Assembly: GCA_030324005.1 (NCBI GenBank)
Contig: JARDVH010000124.1
Span: 32,668,418 to 32,732,417, forward strand
Reading direction: 5' to 3'
DNA: 64,000 bases
Source of the DNA: Negaprion brevirostris
Taxonomy: Eukaryota
Both the position numbers and the translations under genes were made by a program. This document shows, piece after piece, positions 23,800 to 37,200 of this stretch. Every line of letters starts with the position of its first letter. Position 1 is the stretch's first letter. Under the pieces are notes generated by a model that made no database searches, was not told the DNA's origin, and worked only from the letters and a program-made list of their open reading frames with translations.

Positions 23800-25615
23800 A
23801 TGAGCCTAAATCAGATGATACCTGATGATGACAGTATCCTGACGAGACCCTCAGGTTCTGCCAGATATGGCCACTAACCAGCACACATCTATTTGCAGTA
23901 CCTCCCTCCTTCCCTTCCTCTTCTAATTCTTCTTTGGCCTTCTGCTCTTCATTCTGATGAGTCGTGTCATCCTTTGCAAGATTGACACCTTTCTGGAAGG
24001 TTCTGTTATGGAGAGTGGAGAAGGCCGTCACAGTGACCAAGTGCCTTGCGGGAGTTTATAGTGCAGAGCACCACCCGATTGATTAAGGCACTGAAAGCAC
24101 ATCTTCAGAAGTCCAATAATCTGCTCAATGGTGGAAAGTATTTTCAGTTGTAACACTTCTCTGTCCAGCTCTTGCAAGCAGGGCATCTGTGTCCTGTGAG
24201 GTGCAGTGGTGTGGAGTTACTTGCAAAATACCACCAAGATCTGCAGGTGATTATTGGAAGGGGCTGAAGAGAAAGAAATTCAAGATCACAGTGAATTTGG
24301 TGGCTGCTGGCAGTGAAAGGGGGGTGAGTGAGACCTTCACAATAAGTGCATAAATCTCTGTAACCATAACAATCAAATAATATCCCTAATTCCTACAATT
24401 AATCCAATGTTTGTAGATTAGAGTGAAGGATGCAACAGCCTAGATTGCTGGAGGGTGAGGGAGTCATGGCAGCGATTAGGGAAGCTGAGGACAGACATGG
24501 AGGAAGCTCCTGTTATGGTCACTGACCAGTTGGACATTGAAGGAGTCGACCTGCTTGTTGATGAATCTCATTGGCCATTTGCTGGGGACTTTGATGGACA
24601 CATGGGTACAATCAACGATGCCCTGCACTTGGGAGAACCTAGTGATGGAGGTGAAGCCCACTGCCTGTTATACCTGTGAAGCAACATCTGTCTAGAATTG
24701 AATGTACTGTCCAGCTCTTGCAAACAAGGCATCTGCGAGTTGCAGCGGTGTGGAGTTATTTGCGCAACGCCACCAAGATCTACAGATGATTATTGGAAGG
24801 AATTGAAGAGAAAGAAGTTCAAAATCACAATGAACTTGATGCTACTGGCAGTGAAAGGATGAGGTCTTCACAATAAGTGCATAAATCTCTGGAACCATCT
24901 GCCTGGAGTATTGCAGTCTCCTAAAACACTGTTTCCCTGACATTTCAAAGTAGTCCACTTTTGTTGAGGATATGGCTGCCTGTTACCTCCTTGTCACTTT
25001 TCTCTCACTTCTATGCTCTGATGCCTAGAGTTTTGCCCTTCCAGCAGAGGATTTTGCTCCTCAACACCACTCGACCTAAAATCTGAGAGTCTTGCTTCTT
25101 TGTCTGGCTGCTGCCTTTCTTATGCTCATGTGGCCTCCCTATGTGTTTTGAAGCCTTGCTACTTCCCTTTATGCCTCATGATGCCAGGACGGTGTCAAAC
25201 CGCTGTGGTACCTGAGAACATATTAACCCCTCTTCCTGTATCCTGCGTACACTAGGTGGCACCTGTGTTCCAACAGCTGAAGGCCTCTCTCAGCTGTGCC
25301 CCCTTTCATAAGCCCACTTAATTTCTTGGGATGGGCAAGACTGGTGGCACAATATGTTGCTGCCTCCGTCCAATTGATCTGCCCACGACCCAGCGTGCAG
25401 CCAGTGTGCCCCCACCAGAATCTCAATGTGGCCCTCTATGAACTCTTTAATTAACTTAATTTGACTCATTTGGGAACAGGGCAGATTCTTGCAGTGTTCT
25501 TCCCCCACCCAGTTGAAAGGCGTCAGTAGCAGAATGGCTTTGAGAAACTGAATTTCGATCACGTGCCTTCTTTCATTCCCCCTCCTTGTGGGAACAATAA
25601 AAAAATCAGGCTCCG
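23800..25615 (-). mobile_element. PIF/Harbinger (HARBI1-like) transposase pseudogene and terminal region
   Basis: FSQVQGIVDCTHVSIK..FINK..SFNVQLVSDH..CHDSLTL; C-terminal TIEQIIGLLKMCFQCLNQSGGALHY; acidic tail. Confidence 0.9.
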
Positions 25616-28600
25616 GGTGTTTGTACAGTCTGCTCCTTCGAATAGACCATCTGTGATTCACATTGTTACAACACCCTTCCAAATCTGGTCACTACCCCCC
25701 AGGAAGAAAAAGTATCTTGGGTAAAACAAACAAGACAAAATAACATAAGACACTCCCTAACTCGAGAAGTTAATAAAGAGAAACCTCTAGGTTATTGTAA
25801 CATTCCTGTCAGGTACCTGGTGAGATTTTGAATTGTGACTTTCTCAGAGGATACAAACACTGGATCATGACAAATGAATTCTCATCGCTTTATAAAAGCA
25901 TCTATTCAGGGGGCCTTGAAGGAGATGTGATTGTCTCCAATCTATTTCTCATCATTATCAGCAGCCAACTTCCCACCCTCTATCTCCAAGCCACTGAAAA
26001 GCAGTCTGCTATTTTTGGTGACAATGTTGCTCTTTACAAATTGTTTAAAATAAATAGGGTAACATCTCTGCTAAAAGAGAAGAATTTTAGATGAATGTAT
26101 TAGACATTCGCACACTGATATGCCACAGAGTAATTTCAGGACACTGTGTCTGTTTGCTCTCCCAGCAACATTATGAGACATGTGTCCTCATTACTGTTGC
26201 CTACGGCTACACCCTGTTGTTAAGCTCTCTAACATATCACACCAACAAATCTGCGTAGCCACTTTCCTGGCCTTGCCAGAGACCTCTGTGATCCTCACAG
26301 GTAAAGGCTGTGTGCATTTAGAAGCCCACCAGTATGTATTTACATTTGATTTGGAAATCAAAGTGGAAAGGGGCAGAATGACAGGTGACTCTACCTTACT
26401 GGCAGTTTAGCAATGGTAGTGGTCTGCACAACTACATGCATATGATTCCCTTGTGTTTAGCCGTAGTCGGGAGGGGACCTGTAAGTCATTCTTGCTACTG
26501 AGAGGATGTGAATTTTCAACTATGAGAAACCAAAGTCTGAATAGATCTCATGCTCTACAACAATACTACAGCTAAAAAAAGAATGACGTGTACTTTGCTT
26601 TTTGTCCAAAGTATTGATAAATCAATCTACACCATATAAGTCATATTCATTGCATTCAGTCCGGATGTTGTAGTTCAATTAGATTTCATTTAAGAATCAG
26701 TCTAAGAGAAAATGGATTCCATATAGTGAAACAAAACCCTTGGTTTGACAACAATTTTTAACACAAATTGTTTTCTTTTGATTTTTCCTCTGTTCAGTAC
26801 AAGACCAAGTTCAACTTTACTTCTTGTACATAGAGTAATCCTAGGCTCTTAAACTGAATCTTTTGGTTTAACCTTTTGTAGATCTTCCATTTGCCACCAC
26901 CACCACCACCCCACCCAACAAAATAATATAAAAAGGCTTATAATTCACATTTTACTTCTCATGTTATCTCTTTTATGAAGTCCTTTCATTAAATACATGT
27001 TCAATGTCTAAGCCCAAGCTGATTCTATTGAAGGATTACGATTGTGTACTGTAAGAGTCTGTGTAACAAATTGGTGGCTCCACTGAAATACATGGACCAA
27101 AGAAAGTAATCGGAACTAAGTACTGATATTATTTTTCGTATATACCATTTACTATATTGGATAAATAAAATATTATTAATTTCTGAGTAAAGCCAAAAAG
27201 AAAATTGTTCATTAAGTCCATTATACTCGTTCACGAGGAAAATTCTAGAAACATTGGATCATTACTTCCCCTTTTCCCAAAAATGGAGAGTTACAGTAAT
27301 GACAATTGTCAGGGTGCAGTAAGAATAAGTGTGCTGGTTATTAATATTTTGGTGGCCATTAAAAGCTACTGTATATGACTAACACTGTTAGCTGATGTCC
27401 AAGCCTTCTTATACCACGGGTGGAAAAGGATACAACCTCAACACCCAGGAGACAATGATGAATCAGATGCATAGTTTGCCAACCTATTAACACTGTGACT
27501 TTCACTGCCCTGCTGCCCAGACTGCCAGAAAACATTGGTGTGCAACCAGAATAGACTGCCAGACTCAATATTTCCCACATAAAATGATCAAGGATTGGAT
27601 ATCCCCAACTAGACGGCAAGGAAATTGACATGTCCCTCTAGACCATTGGTCATAAAAATAACAATTTTGTTGATGCAGTGCCAGTTACAGATGCCAGATG
27701 CCATGATGGTGGGAAACCGATAGTGCGATATGGAAAATGAAGTTGCATATATTACAGGGAAACCTGATGTGATCCAAATTAGACTAAATTTGTGTCTTTA
27801 TGAATAAACTTGAAATGGTCTAATTAGAGTCACTATGGGTTTGCATTCACTTAAGTGCACATCTCTGGTAATTTCACACATGGTTGTCAATGGAAATCTG
27901 AATGACTAGGCAAATTAAACTGCATCTCAACTTTTGCCACCTGGCTACATTTAGACAGTCTAATTAAAATAAATAGATATGCAGCTACTTCAATGCTTGC
28001 ATTATCGTCTTTTTTTACTCTCTTTTTTGTTAAGTACATTTTCCAGTTTAATGACATGTGACACAAAAATGTTGAAGACAAAGTTTGTCAATGCCAGTGT
28101 AAAAGTGGTTTGCATTGATTGTGGATGGATTAGCAAATGGGTAATTCTGTAGTTAAGGCGATGTGTACCTTTATTTGGAAGAATAAAAAGTACATGTGCT
28201 TCTAAAGGCCTGACACTAAGTATTGAGCAAGATCAAACGTTATCAATAGTTATAGTCAGCTGGCTAAGCTGAAGCTACAAAGTTATTCAGATACGATTAC
28301 CAATCTGCAGAAATAATTGTAAGATAAGCTTCCACCCTTCCACTGTCCTCAGATTGTTCAATTTAATGTGGCCTGATTTCCGAGGTATAATAAAGCAAGA
28401 AAAGTCAAAATTATGAGATGTAGTCACTTCCGAGTCCATGGTTTTGTTTGAATCTCTCCAGTCATGTTTCAGCCCCACAGCAGTGAAACATAGGAGAACC
28501 AGTGCAGGAGGAAGTCAAGAAGTTCAGCCTATTCATGCTGATGTTTATGCTCCACCTGAGCCTCCTCCAATCCTTCCTCAACTAAATCTAGCAGCATAAT

Positions 28601-29141
28601 CTGCTAGTCCCCTCTGCTGATATGCTTATCTAACTTCATCTTATATATATCTGTACCACTCACTTCAATCACTCCCAGTTATAGCAAGGTCCACATTCTC
28701 AACATAAAGACATTCCTTCTGGATTTCTTATTAGATTTCTTGATGGCTATCTCATACTGATGGCCCCAAACATAAGGAAATATTCTCTCTGCATCCGCTC
28801 TAACAGTCCTAACTAAAATTGAGAATGACATTCTTGAGTGACCAACAATTTCCTAATCGTTAATATCTCTTTTTGTGGTCCGATTTTTGATTAAGCCTCT
28901 TGGGATACATTAAAGCTGCCCTATAAGTTGTTGTTGCAATAATAGCAATGACTGTTGCGGTATTGATGGTGCTTCCTGGAATCGGGATTCTAATCTAACT
29001 CCGACTGATGGTGTAAACATCTCCTCTGTCAATGGCACAAAAACAGAAAATGCTGGAAAATCTCAACAGGTCTGACAGCATCTATAATTGAAAGATTAAG
29101 TAAATCTCACAAAACTATTACAGATGAAGTTCAGTGTACAT

Positions 29142-29638
29142 TTAAGTTTATTTATTAGTATTACAAATAGGCTTACATTAACACTGCAATGAAGTTACTG
29201 TGAAAATCCCCCAGTCGCCACACTCCGGGGCCTGTTCAGTTACACTGAGAGAGAATTTAGCATGGTCAATACTCCTAACCAGCTCACCTTTCGGACTGTG
29301 GGAGGAAATTGGAGCATCCGGAGGAAACCCGTGCGGACAAGGGGAGAATGTGCAGACTCTGCACANNNNNNNNNNNNNNNNNNNNNNNNNNNNNNNNNNN
29401 NNNNNNNNNNNNNNNNNNNNNNNNNNNNNNNNNNNNNNNNNNNNNNNNNNNNNNNNNNNNNNNNNNNNNNNNNNNCCAGCATGTCTTTTGGACCGTGGGA
29501 GGAAACCGGAGCGCCCGGAGGAAACCCACGCAGACACAAGGAGAATGTGCAGACTCTGCACAGACAGTGACCCAAGCCGGGAATTGAACCTGGATCCCTG
29601 GCGCTGTGAAGAGGCAGTGTTAACCATTGTGCCACCAT
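29142..29638 (-). mobile_element. HE1-like SINE subfamily with alternative 3' tail (internal gap)
   Basis: Head ggtggcacaatggttaacactgcc..ggttcaattccc; tail ...ttcacagtaacttcattgcagtgttaatgtaagcct...aataaataaactt. Confidence 0.9.
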
Positions 29639-29644
29639 ACATTG

Positions 29645-30050
29645 GAGAGAAAGAAAGTAGAAGGTATGCTAGAGCAATGGGACTTAGATGACCCGTGATG
29701 TAAATCACTAAAAGTTATTTTACACGTACAACAAACAATTAGAAAGGCATTTGAATGGTGGTCTTTATTTCAAAGGGATTGGAATTCTAAAAAAAATGAG
29801 AAAGTAATGCCTCATTGTACTTTGCCTTCATCAAACAACATATTGCATTCAGTTCTGGGCCATTTGTGCAATGGGCATGGTGCAGAATGAGACCCCGAGC
29901 TTGAAGAGTTAAATTATGAAGGCATGGTGTTTAAACTGACAAAGGGATTCCTGGTGCTGATACAGAAATTTTGGTGAACCCAAAATAAGGAGGAGGCATA
30001 CTCATAATATCCTAGCTAAGTCTTGTAGGAGTCAAATCAGGAAGCTTACA
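29645..30050 (+). mobile_element. Old CR1 ORF2 3' fragment
   Basis: Decayed FISKGLEF and YCIQFW motifs. Confidence 0.55.
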
Positions 30051-30689
30051 CCAAAGGTCATGGCTCAGGGGAGGAGCACCTGCCCAATTTTAGATTGACT
30101 TCAGCGGAGAGTAAAATCGTGTGGGGTTTGAAATGTGCAGACAATCCAATCACACTGGTTTCCTGCCAGGAGGGTTAGATTAAAGACTTCCCCCCTAGGA
30201 GTTTCACCTTTGAAAATAGCTGGATTTGAATCTCAGTTGCAGACATGAAAATCTCACTACAACTCCCTGTCTCTGAAATTTAACTACTTGTGTCTTTTAA
30301 ACCTCTGTAAGACTTTAAGCAGTTAGCCAGAAGTGTTGTTGCACTTCCCTGAGCTCTATGCTTGTGTATCTGAGTGGAAAGCTGGATGGAGTGGATTCCA
30401 AGTCTTGTAAGTGCTGCAAATCATCGACTGCCAAAAGGTACACCTCACTGATCCAGTCAGGATTAACAAAAGTCTCTTATTTGGTACTGATTGCTAATCT
30501 CATGCATGATGAGACAGGATGGCAAATATGGCAATATTGAGTTCCTTTCTTGGTATTAACACTAGCTAATGTGAGGAGCATTTATTTTTAAAAAGACTTT
30601 GCATTATTATGATGCTATGCAATGTATCCCAATTCTAATGTGACTTTTCATTATTACTCTTCCTCAATTGCTATACTTCTTACCCTTAC

Positions 30690-31135
30690 GTTTGATTCTC
30701 TATATGACCTTGCCCCATCCTATCTCTAATCTCCTCCAGCCCTACAACACTCAGAGATCTCTTCACTCCTCCGCCGCTGGCCTTCTGTGCATTTCTGATT
30801 TCTTGTGCCCAATCGTGCACCGACATCGGGAGGGATTCTTCTGCTATTCATGCCAGTGGGATTCTCCTGTCCTGCTGCAATGAATGAAGATTTGGCTGAG
30901 CACCAAATTCTCCATCCTCTCCAGTGGCGGTGATAGGGTGTGAACGGCCAGAGAGTTCCAGCCATTAACTCTAAACCTCTCGCCTACTCTCTCTCCTTCA
31001 AGATGCTCCTTAAAATGTACGTTTTTGATTAAATTTGTGGTCCTAATGTTTCCTTATGTAACTTGTTGAGAATGATTATCTGATAAAACTTCTGTGAAGC
31101 TCAATGGGAAATTTTATTCTGTTAAAGATGCTTGT
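30690..31135 (+). mobile_element. L2 LINE 3' end with a nested MITE (30829-30963)
   Basis: NLLQPYNTQRSLHSSAAGLLCI and SFKMLLK motifs; L2-like tail tctgtgaagc...gttaaagatgct. Confidence 0.75.
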
Positions 31136-31567
31136 TTCCCTCATCCAGTCCTGTACAGCAACAATGAGATTGAAAAGACCATTTAAATTATATTGTTCCA
31201 CCCTAGTGTCACATCAATACACAAAAGGCTAATTTCACTGATCCTTCGCTGCCAGTAGGGAACCACATTCAAAGAGAGTGTGGCTTGGAGAATAGGAGCC
31301 ATAGTGGTGTAGCCGACTTCCACATCACCCTTGTGTAATTTTAACTCTCTGAGTGCACCCGACAAGTTTATACTTCTAGGCTTTGGGACCATCAATATTT
31401 TCACTTATCCGTAAAAGAATTACTTCTAATTTTGTTCGCAAAATACATGACACAAAATAAAAGAAGCTTTTTACAGTGGGTTTGAAATTTTTAAACAAAC
31501 CTTTTATGAAATGGCACCCAGCTTCCAAATGCTTTGGTGGGTATGGGGAGGTATGTGACCAAAATAA

Positions 31568-31703
31568 GGGCCTGATTCTCTGGCCTTTCCCTCAGCTGGG
31601 ATTCTTCAGTCTCACTGCAGTGAACGGAGATGTGGCTGAGCGCCAAATTCTCCGTTCTCATTGGCAGTGGTAGCATGGCATGAACCTCCGGCAAATTCCA
31701 GCC
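31568..31703. mobile_element. About 135-bp MITE, same family as 30829-30963
   Basis: Shared core ggat...ggctgag(c)..caaattctcc; ends ...aattccagcc. Confidence 0.75.
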
Positions 31704-33474
31704 AAGATTTTAAAAAAAATTAAAATAAATTCCGAAATGGACTAGAACGTAAGGAATAAGTAAAAATGCAAGAAATGGAAACAGCTTCAACTAAAAGGGA
31801 ATCAAGAGCAATTCCATGTTTTGAGGTTTTCTAAAACAGGAAATTGTGGCTTGGATAGTTTGGTCGACTATACTTACTAATATCACATTGCATTAACTTT
31901 ATTATTGCCATATTGAAGCTCATTTCAGTGTTAGTGTGTGGCCTTAACCAAATTTGGCCCAAAGAACCAAGAACTCTGTGAATCCAACCACCTTCTAGGG
32001 TTAATATTAATAATCCTGAAAGTTAAAAGTCTTTTTTTTTATTTTAATGACAATTCAACTTTGTATTAAACAAAAAGCTCATTATCACTTTATAAATTCC
32101 CTGTAAATTGGATTTCACTGTCATAATATAGTTACTAAAGGAGAATTAATGGACATTATGATACTGGGTGTCTTGCAAGAACTGCACCAAGCTCTTTAAT
32201 ATACTACTAAGATCTTTGATTGAATGAACAGCCTCATGTGCATGCAAATCGCTTTGGAAGTAAACTGTGATGGTCTTAAATAACTTTTTACATTGTATAT
32301 GAAAATGATATATCTCTGAAGACATAATCCAAACATTTGCTACAGTACACTCCTGTTGCTATTGTTTATAGCAAGCCTTACATTTATAGGGTGGGACCAA
32401 TTGAATGGTAGCACGTGTATTCTTTATGACTGTCCTAGTATATGAGATCAAAAATAAGTAACAAGGACAAGTTAAAAGGTTCAGTTATTGTTGTGATTTC
32501 TGCAATGATTCAGGTTTTAGTATTTCATCCTTTCCCTAAATATCCTAAATACAATACAACTAATTCATGTAGAATCATGATTGATCCCTCATTTATTAAC
32601 GGATCGGGTACGGCCTTTTCAAATAAATAATTTCTCGCAATTCACAAGTACAAGGAAAATAAAACCATAACAGCTTTATCCCAATTGCTGCACACAATGC
32701 ATAAATCTCTATTGATGACATTACTTTCAACTGAAGTCCCTCACGTTAAATTAGAAAATATTGCTGTGTCCTTCTTGTATGCCTGGCTATCTTTCTCCAT
32801 TTCCTTCTACTACGCATTCTGTCATAGCTGTGTCTTGTGTAATGAACATATTATATTCATACGCTCCAGCCGCATTTGACATGACACAGTTTCGAACAGT
32901 GTTTGGTAATTATACTCTCAATTGTCTTTTTCAAAAACAGAACTGTATAAAATATTTTAAAAATCTTACAAAAAAAGTTTAGACCTTCAATTTAGACATG
33001 GTTTGATAAGGTATTTCATGCTATAATAAAGATTTAACAATATTGACTGGTAGATGCAGTGCTGGTCCTGTTATAGTTATACATTAAGGGATGTGTGTGT
33101 GATAGGTCTAGTCAGGAGGTGCTAAGGATCTGCAAAAGGCAGAGGTAGAAAGCACTACAACAGATTATGACAGCAGCAAATGCTTGCTGAGTTGCTTATG
33201 ATGCTGACGCCTGTATCCTCAGCAGGTAGCTCTGGGATCAATCCTGTTTTGGAGGCTTGGGGTGGATCAGAGGCAGACACTGGAGCCCTGGTTCATCCAT
33301 AAGATCAACAACACATCCATAATGCACCATTATTAAGGAACAAGTTGGTCAGCAACTGCTAGCACCTGTGCATTCACAGTTTAATGCAGAAATCAGAAAG
33401 TTGCTGTTTCAATTATCCTGTTACTCCACAAGTTTAATTCTACCAATATCCCACCAAGTGATTTGACATTCAAG

Positions 33475-34248
33475 CACATGTGGTTCATTTTGACAAGTCA
33501 AATAGGATGGCAGAATATAATATTAATGGTCGGACTCTTGGCAGTGTGGAAGATTAGAAGGATCTTGGGGTCTGAGTTCAAAGGACACTCAAAGCAGCTG
33601 TGCAAATTGAAGCTGTGGTTAAGAACGTGTATGGTGTACTGGCCTTCATCAATCGAGGAATTGAGTTTAAGAATCGAGAGATAACTTTGCAGCTATATAG
33701 GACCCTGGTCAGACCTTACTTGGGGTACTGTGCTCAGCTCTGGTCGCCTCATTACAGGGAGGATGTGGAAGCCATAAAAAGGGTGCAGAGGAGATTTACA
33801 AGGATGTTGCCTGGATTGGGGAGCATGCCTTATGAGGATAGGTTGAAGGAGCTCGGCCTTTTCNNNNNNNNNNNNNNNNNNNNNNNNNNNNNNNNNNNNN
33901 NNNNNNNNNNNNNNNNNNNNNNNNNNNNNNNNNNNNNNNNNNNNNNNNNNNNNNNNNNNNNNNNNNNNNNNNNNNNNNNNNNNNNNNNNNNNNNNNNNNN
34001 NNNNNNNNNNNNNNNNNNNNNNNNNNNNNNNNNNNNNNNNNNNNNNNNNNNNNNNNNNNNNNNNNNNNNNNNNNNNNNNNNNNNNNNNNNNNNNNNNNNN
34101 NNNNNNNNNNNNNNNNNNNNNNNNNNNNNNNNNNNNNNNNNNNNNNNNNNAAGATAGAGGGTTATAGGTAAGCCTAATAATCTTTAAGGTAGCTTTGTGG
34201 GCCGAAGGGCCCATATTGTGCTGTAGTTTTTCTATGTTTCTATGTTTC
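33475..34248 (+). mobile_element. CR1/HER1 LINE 3' portion (gap inside)
   Basis: YGVLAFINRGIEFK..LYRTLVRPYLGYCAQLWSPHY..RVQRRFTRMLPGL; tail ttctatgtttctatgttt. Confidence 0.93.
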
Positions 34249-37200
34249 AATGTAATGGCATGGAGATGCAATCCATAGTCACTCATCATACCAGAAAAAA
34301 TACAGCTCATCCTAATAAAGTTAAGTGAACTTATAATGGTATTATAACTCTTAATCACTGCTAAACAACTTCTCTGGTACTGAAAATGTACCTTTACAAG
34401 CATGGAGTCACATTCCTTCAAATTTTATTGTCATAGATAATTACATAGTTTATAAAATGTTAACTTTTTCTCTCTGTCTTTTTCAATTCAGCACTTTTCT
34501 CTTTCTTTATATCACCTTCTGAAAATTATTTCACATTGAATTAAATCTTCAAACTTGTACGTCTGGTTTAGACTCAGTGTGCCTCAGTAAGGATTCTTCA
34601 ATGTGATTGGTCAAAGCAACACTGCTCTTGCTGTGTCATTATAAATCCCAGATGCCTTATAGAGGATTCTTGATGACCACATGTTACCATGCAGCATGCC
34701 CACATAAGAGCTGGGATTGAATGGGAAATTCCCAGCAAAGGTCGATGGACATTTTCCTGTTTTGCCAAACTTTCAGTCCTGCCCATGAAAGGTCCTGCTG
34801 CAGACAAGAAGGGAAAACCCCAGCCAAGGTCAATAGCCAGTATAAACACAGTTCATTTGCTGCTGACAACAAATTCCAGGTTGTTACATCTTATAGCACT
34901 TCCTCATTTTACTTGTAGCCCATACATTCTTTGCTTTCATTGACATATATCCCACATGTCCCTTACGTCTCCATTTACTGTGGGAGACATTCTAACAAAC
35001 TGAGGGAATGTATCTTCTTGACACCAAGAGTGAAATCTTTGAGCCAGCAAGTGGCAGGAGCTCCTTCCCTGTGGCTGGGATTTGAGTTCAGAATGGTACT
35101 CAAACCCATCACAGCTTCAGTATCCCAAACCAGAGAATGGAAGGTGCAGCACATCAATGAACGCAGGGCAATGCTCACTTTTTAAAAACGTATTAAATAG
35201 TTGAATAGCCATTCCTATTTGTAAGGAAAAAAATGTTGAAAGATTTAATTATGCTTCACACAACAAGCATGATTATTATAACACTGAGTCATAGAGGCAC
35301 AGGATCTTACAGTGCAGGAAAGACACTTCAGCTTGCCAACAATATGTACCATTAAAGACAATGCTAATCCCATTTTCCTCCACTTTTCCCATATTCTTGA
35401 ATATTATGATGTTTCAAGTGTTCATCCAAAGGGTTTTTAAAGGTTTCCGGCCTCCACTATTTTCAAAGGAATAAGTTTTCTCACCAGTACATTATACATG
35501 GCATTGCCCACAGTCACTTCACACATTAAATTTTCAGACAAGATGGTAATGCAATTGGGAGTGAGTCTGCAAGAAGCCCACTCTATAGAGCTATTGAGTG
35601 GTCACAGCCTAACTGTGCTCTGGCAGCTGATATAACAGAAATGAGTGGTCAATGCTGAGTTAGTGATTTACAATGTAAACATTGACTCATAATGTGACTA
35701 AATATCATAACAACTTGAAGTACAGTTTGAGGGCAGGAAGCAGCACTCTGAGTTTTTTTTTCAAATGTCATATGGATAAGGTTCCAACCTCAGCAGCTGA
35801 TAAGCCATAAGAGATATGTGCTATCAATATGCTTAAGTGTGCATATCGCGTTTATTATTGCTCATGGACCATATGCTTCATTGAGAAAAGTGTCAGTGTT
35901 TTGTCTATACTTATTCCCTCAGGTAATGCTGTATATGTGATTCAATAGCAGAAACTCATGAAAAGGTTAGCCAGAGTACATTATCTCATGAACATATATT
36001 TTAATTAAATAATGAACTACCCAATCTCTAATCAAATTAACTACTAAACCTTATACCTAAAAACAGCTGCAATTACATTCCGCTGCTTAAAATTCATTTT
36101 GATTTAATCCTGGTTCCCAGTCTCTATTTCATTTGTACAGTGTTAATTTCAGAGGCCCCCGGTCATACTCCCACTATGAGTAGGACAATAAGAGACAAGG
36201 TAATAATGGTAATCAATATTAAGAAACTAAAATCCGTGATAAGACACAATATTGACATTGCTAATTCTGCTTAAATCCCAGCTGTCAGCAGTTCAATTTT
36301 TCGACACTGGCACTCTCATTTGAAGCTCACGACAGTTCTCAACGTATATAATCAGTTATAATATAAACCATTACGGTTTACGAAAACTGGAACGCTGGTG
36401 GTGCATACAATCTATAAAGCAACTGCATTTCTTTTTAATACTGGAGAACGAGTCACCATTGTTTAAACATTATGATTTCCAAAAGCTGTCACATCACAAT
36501 ACATTAACAATTGCATTTTTAAAAGACGTATTTTCCCTCTGTGATACAGCTCCAGAGAGGGTCAGGAAAACCTTTCTATAATGGATCACTGAGCTTTTTT
36601 TATCCATTGGTTGTTAATTCCTTATTACTGATGAGACCAATCTGCAAGTTTCACATTGTGGCTGATTGTAATAAATTATCATTTATTCAGGCCTTTAATG
36701 ACTTAAACATACATTAAACCAGACTATCGTGAAAATTAGGGTAAATTATTTCAAAAATTTAAATTGCTCAGTTTAGAAATGATTCTTTTTTTAAAAAAGG
36801 AATATTTCTGCCCTGTGTAAATTCAATAAGACATGTAGTTGTTTTCCCTGAGCTTAAAACAAATACAATATAAATGTTATTGTTGAATAAATGCTCCTTG
36901 AGTTAAAAATAGCATCACATAATAATGAAAAGCCAAGCAAGGCAATCATTTATTTGTATCTTTTCCCTTGTCTTCTGAATGTAAATTTTATTCTGGAATA
37001 AATATTCATTCAGTTAAAAGAAATCCAGATAAACTAAAAATATACATGTAGGAAGCAAAATAGCACAATCTTGAATTTATAATCTGTGACAATGTTCAAT
37101 AGTGACGTAAGTGTTTTGGTGGAATTTTTACTCTGAAATACATTGCTTTGAATGTTTAATTAGACAAAATTCAAGTCACTTGGCATTGAGAGTATAATTT

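Noticed and set aside
24476-24661. Domesticated HARBI1 gene
   Set aside because: Frameshifted and rearranged, with multiple related copies; a transposon fossil rather than the host gene
29279-29562. Apparent internal duplication in the SINE on both sides of a gap
   Set aside because: It spans an N gap in a high-copy repeat and cannot be separated from mis-assembly
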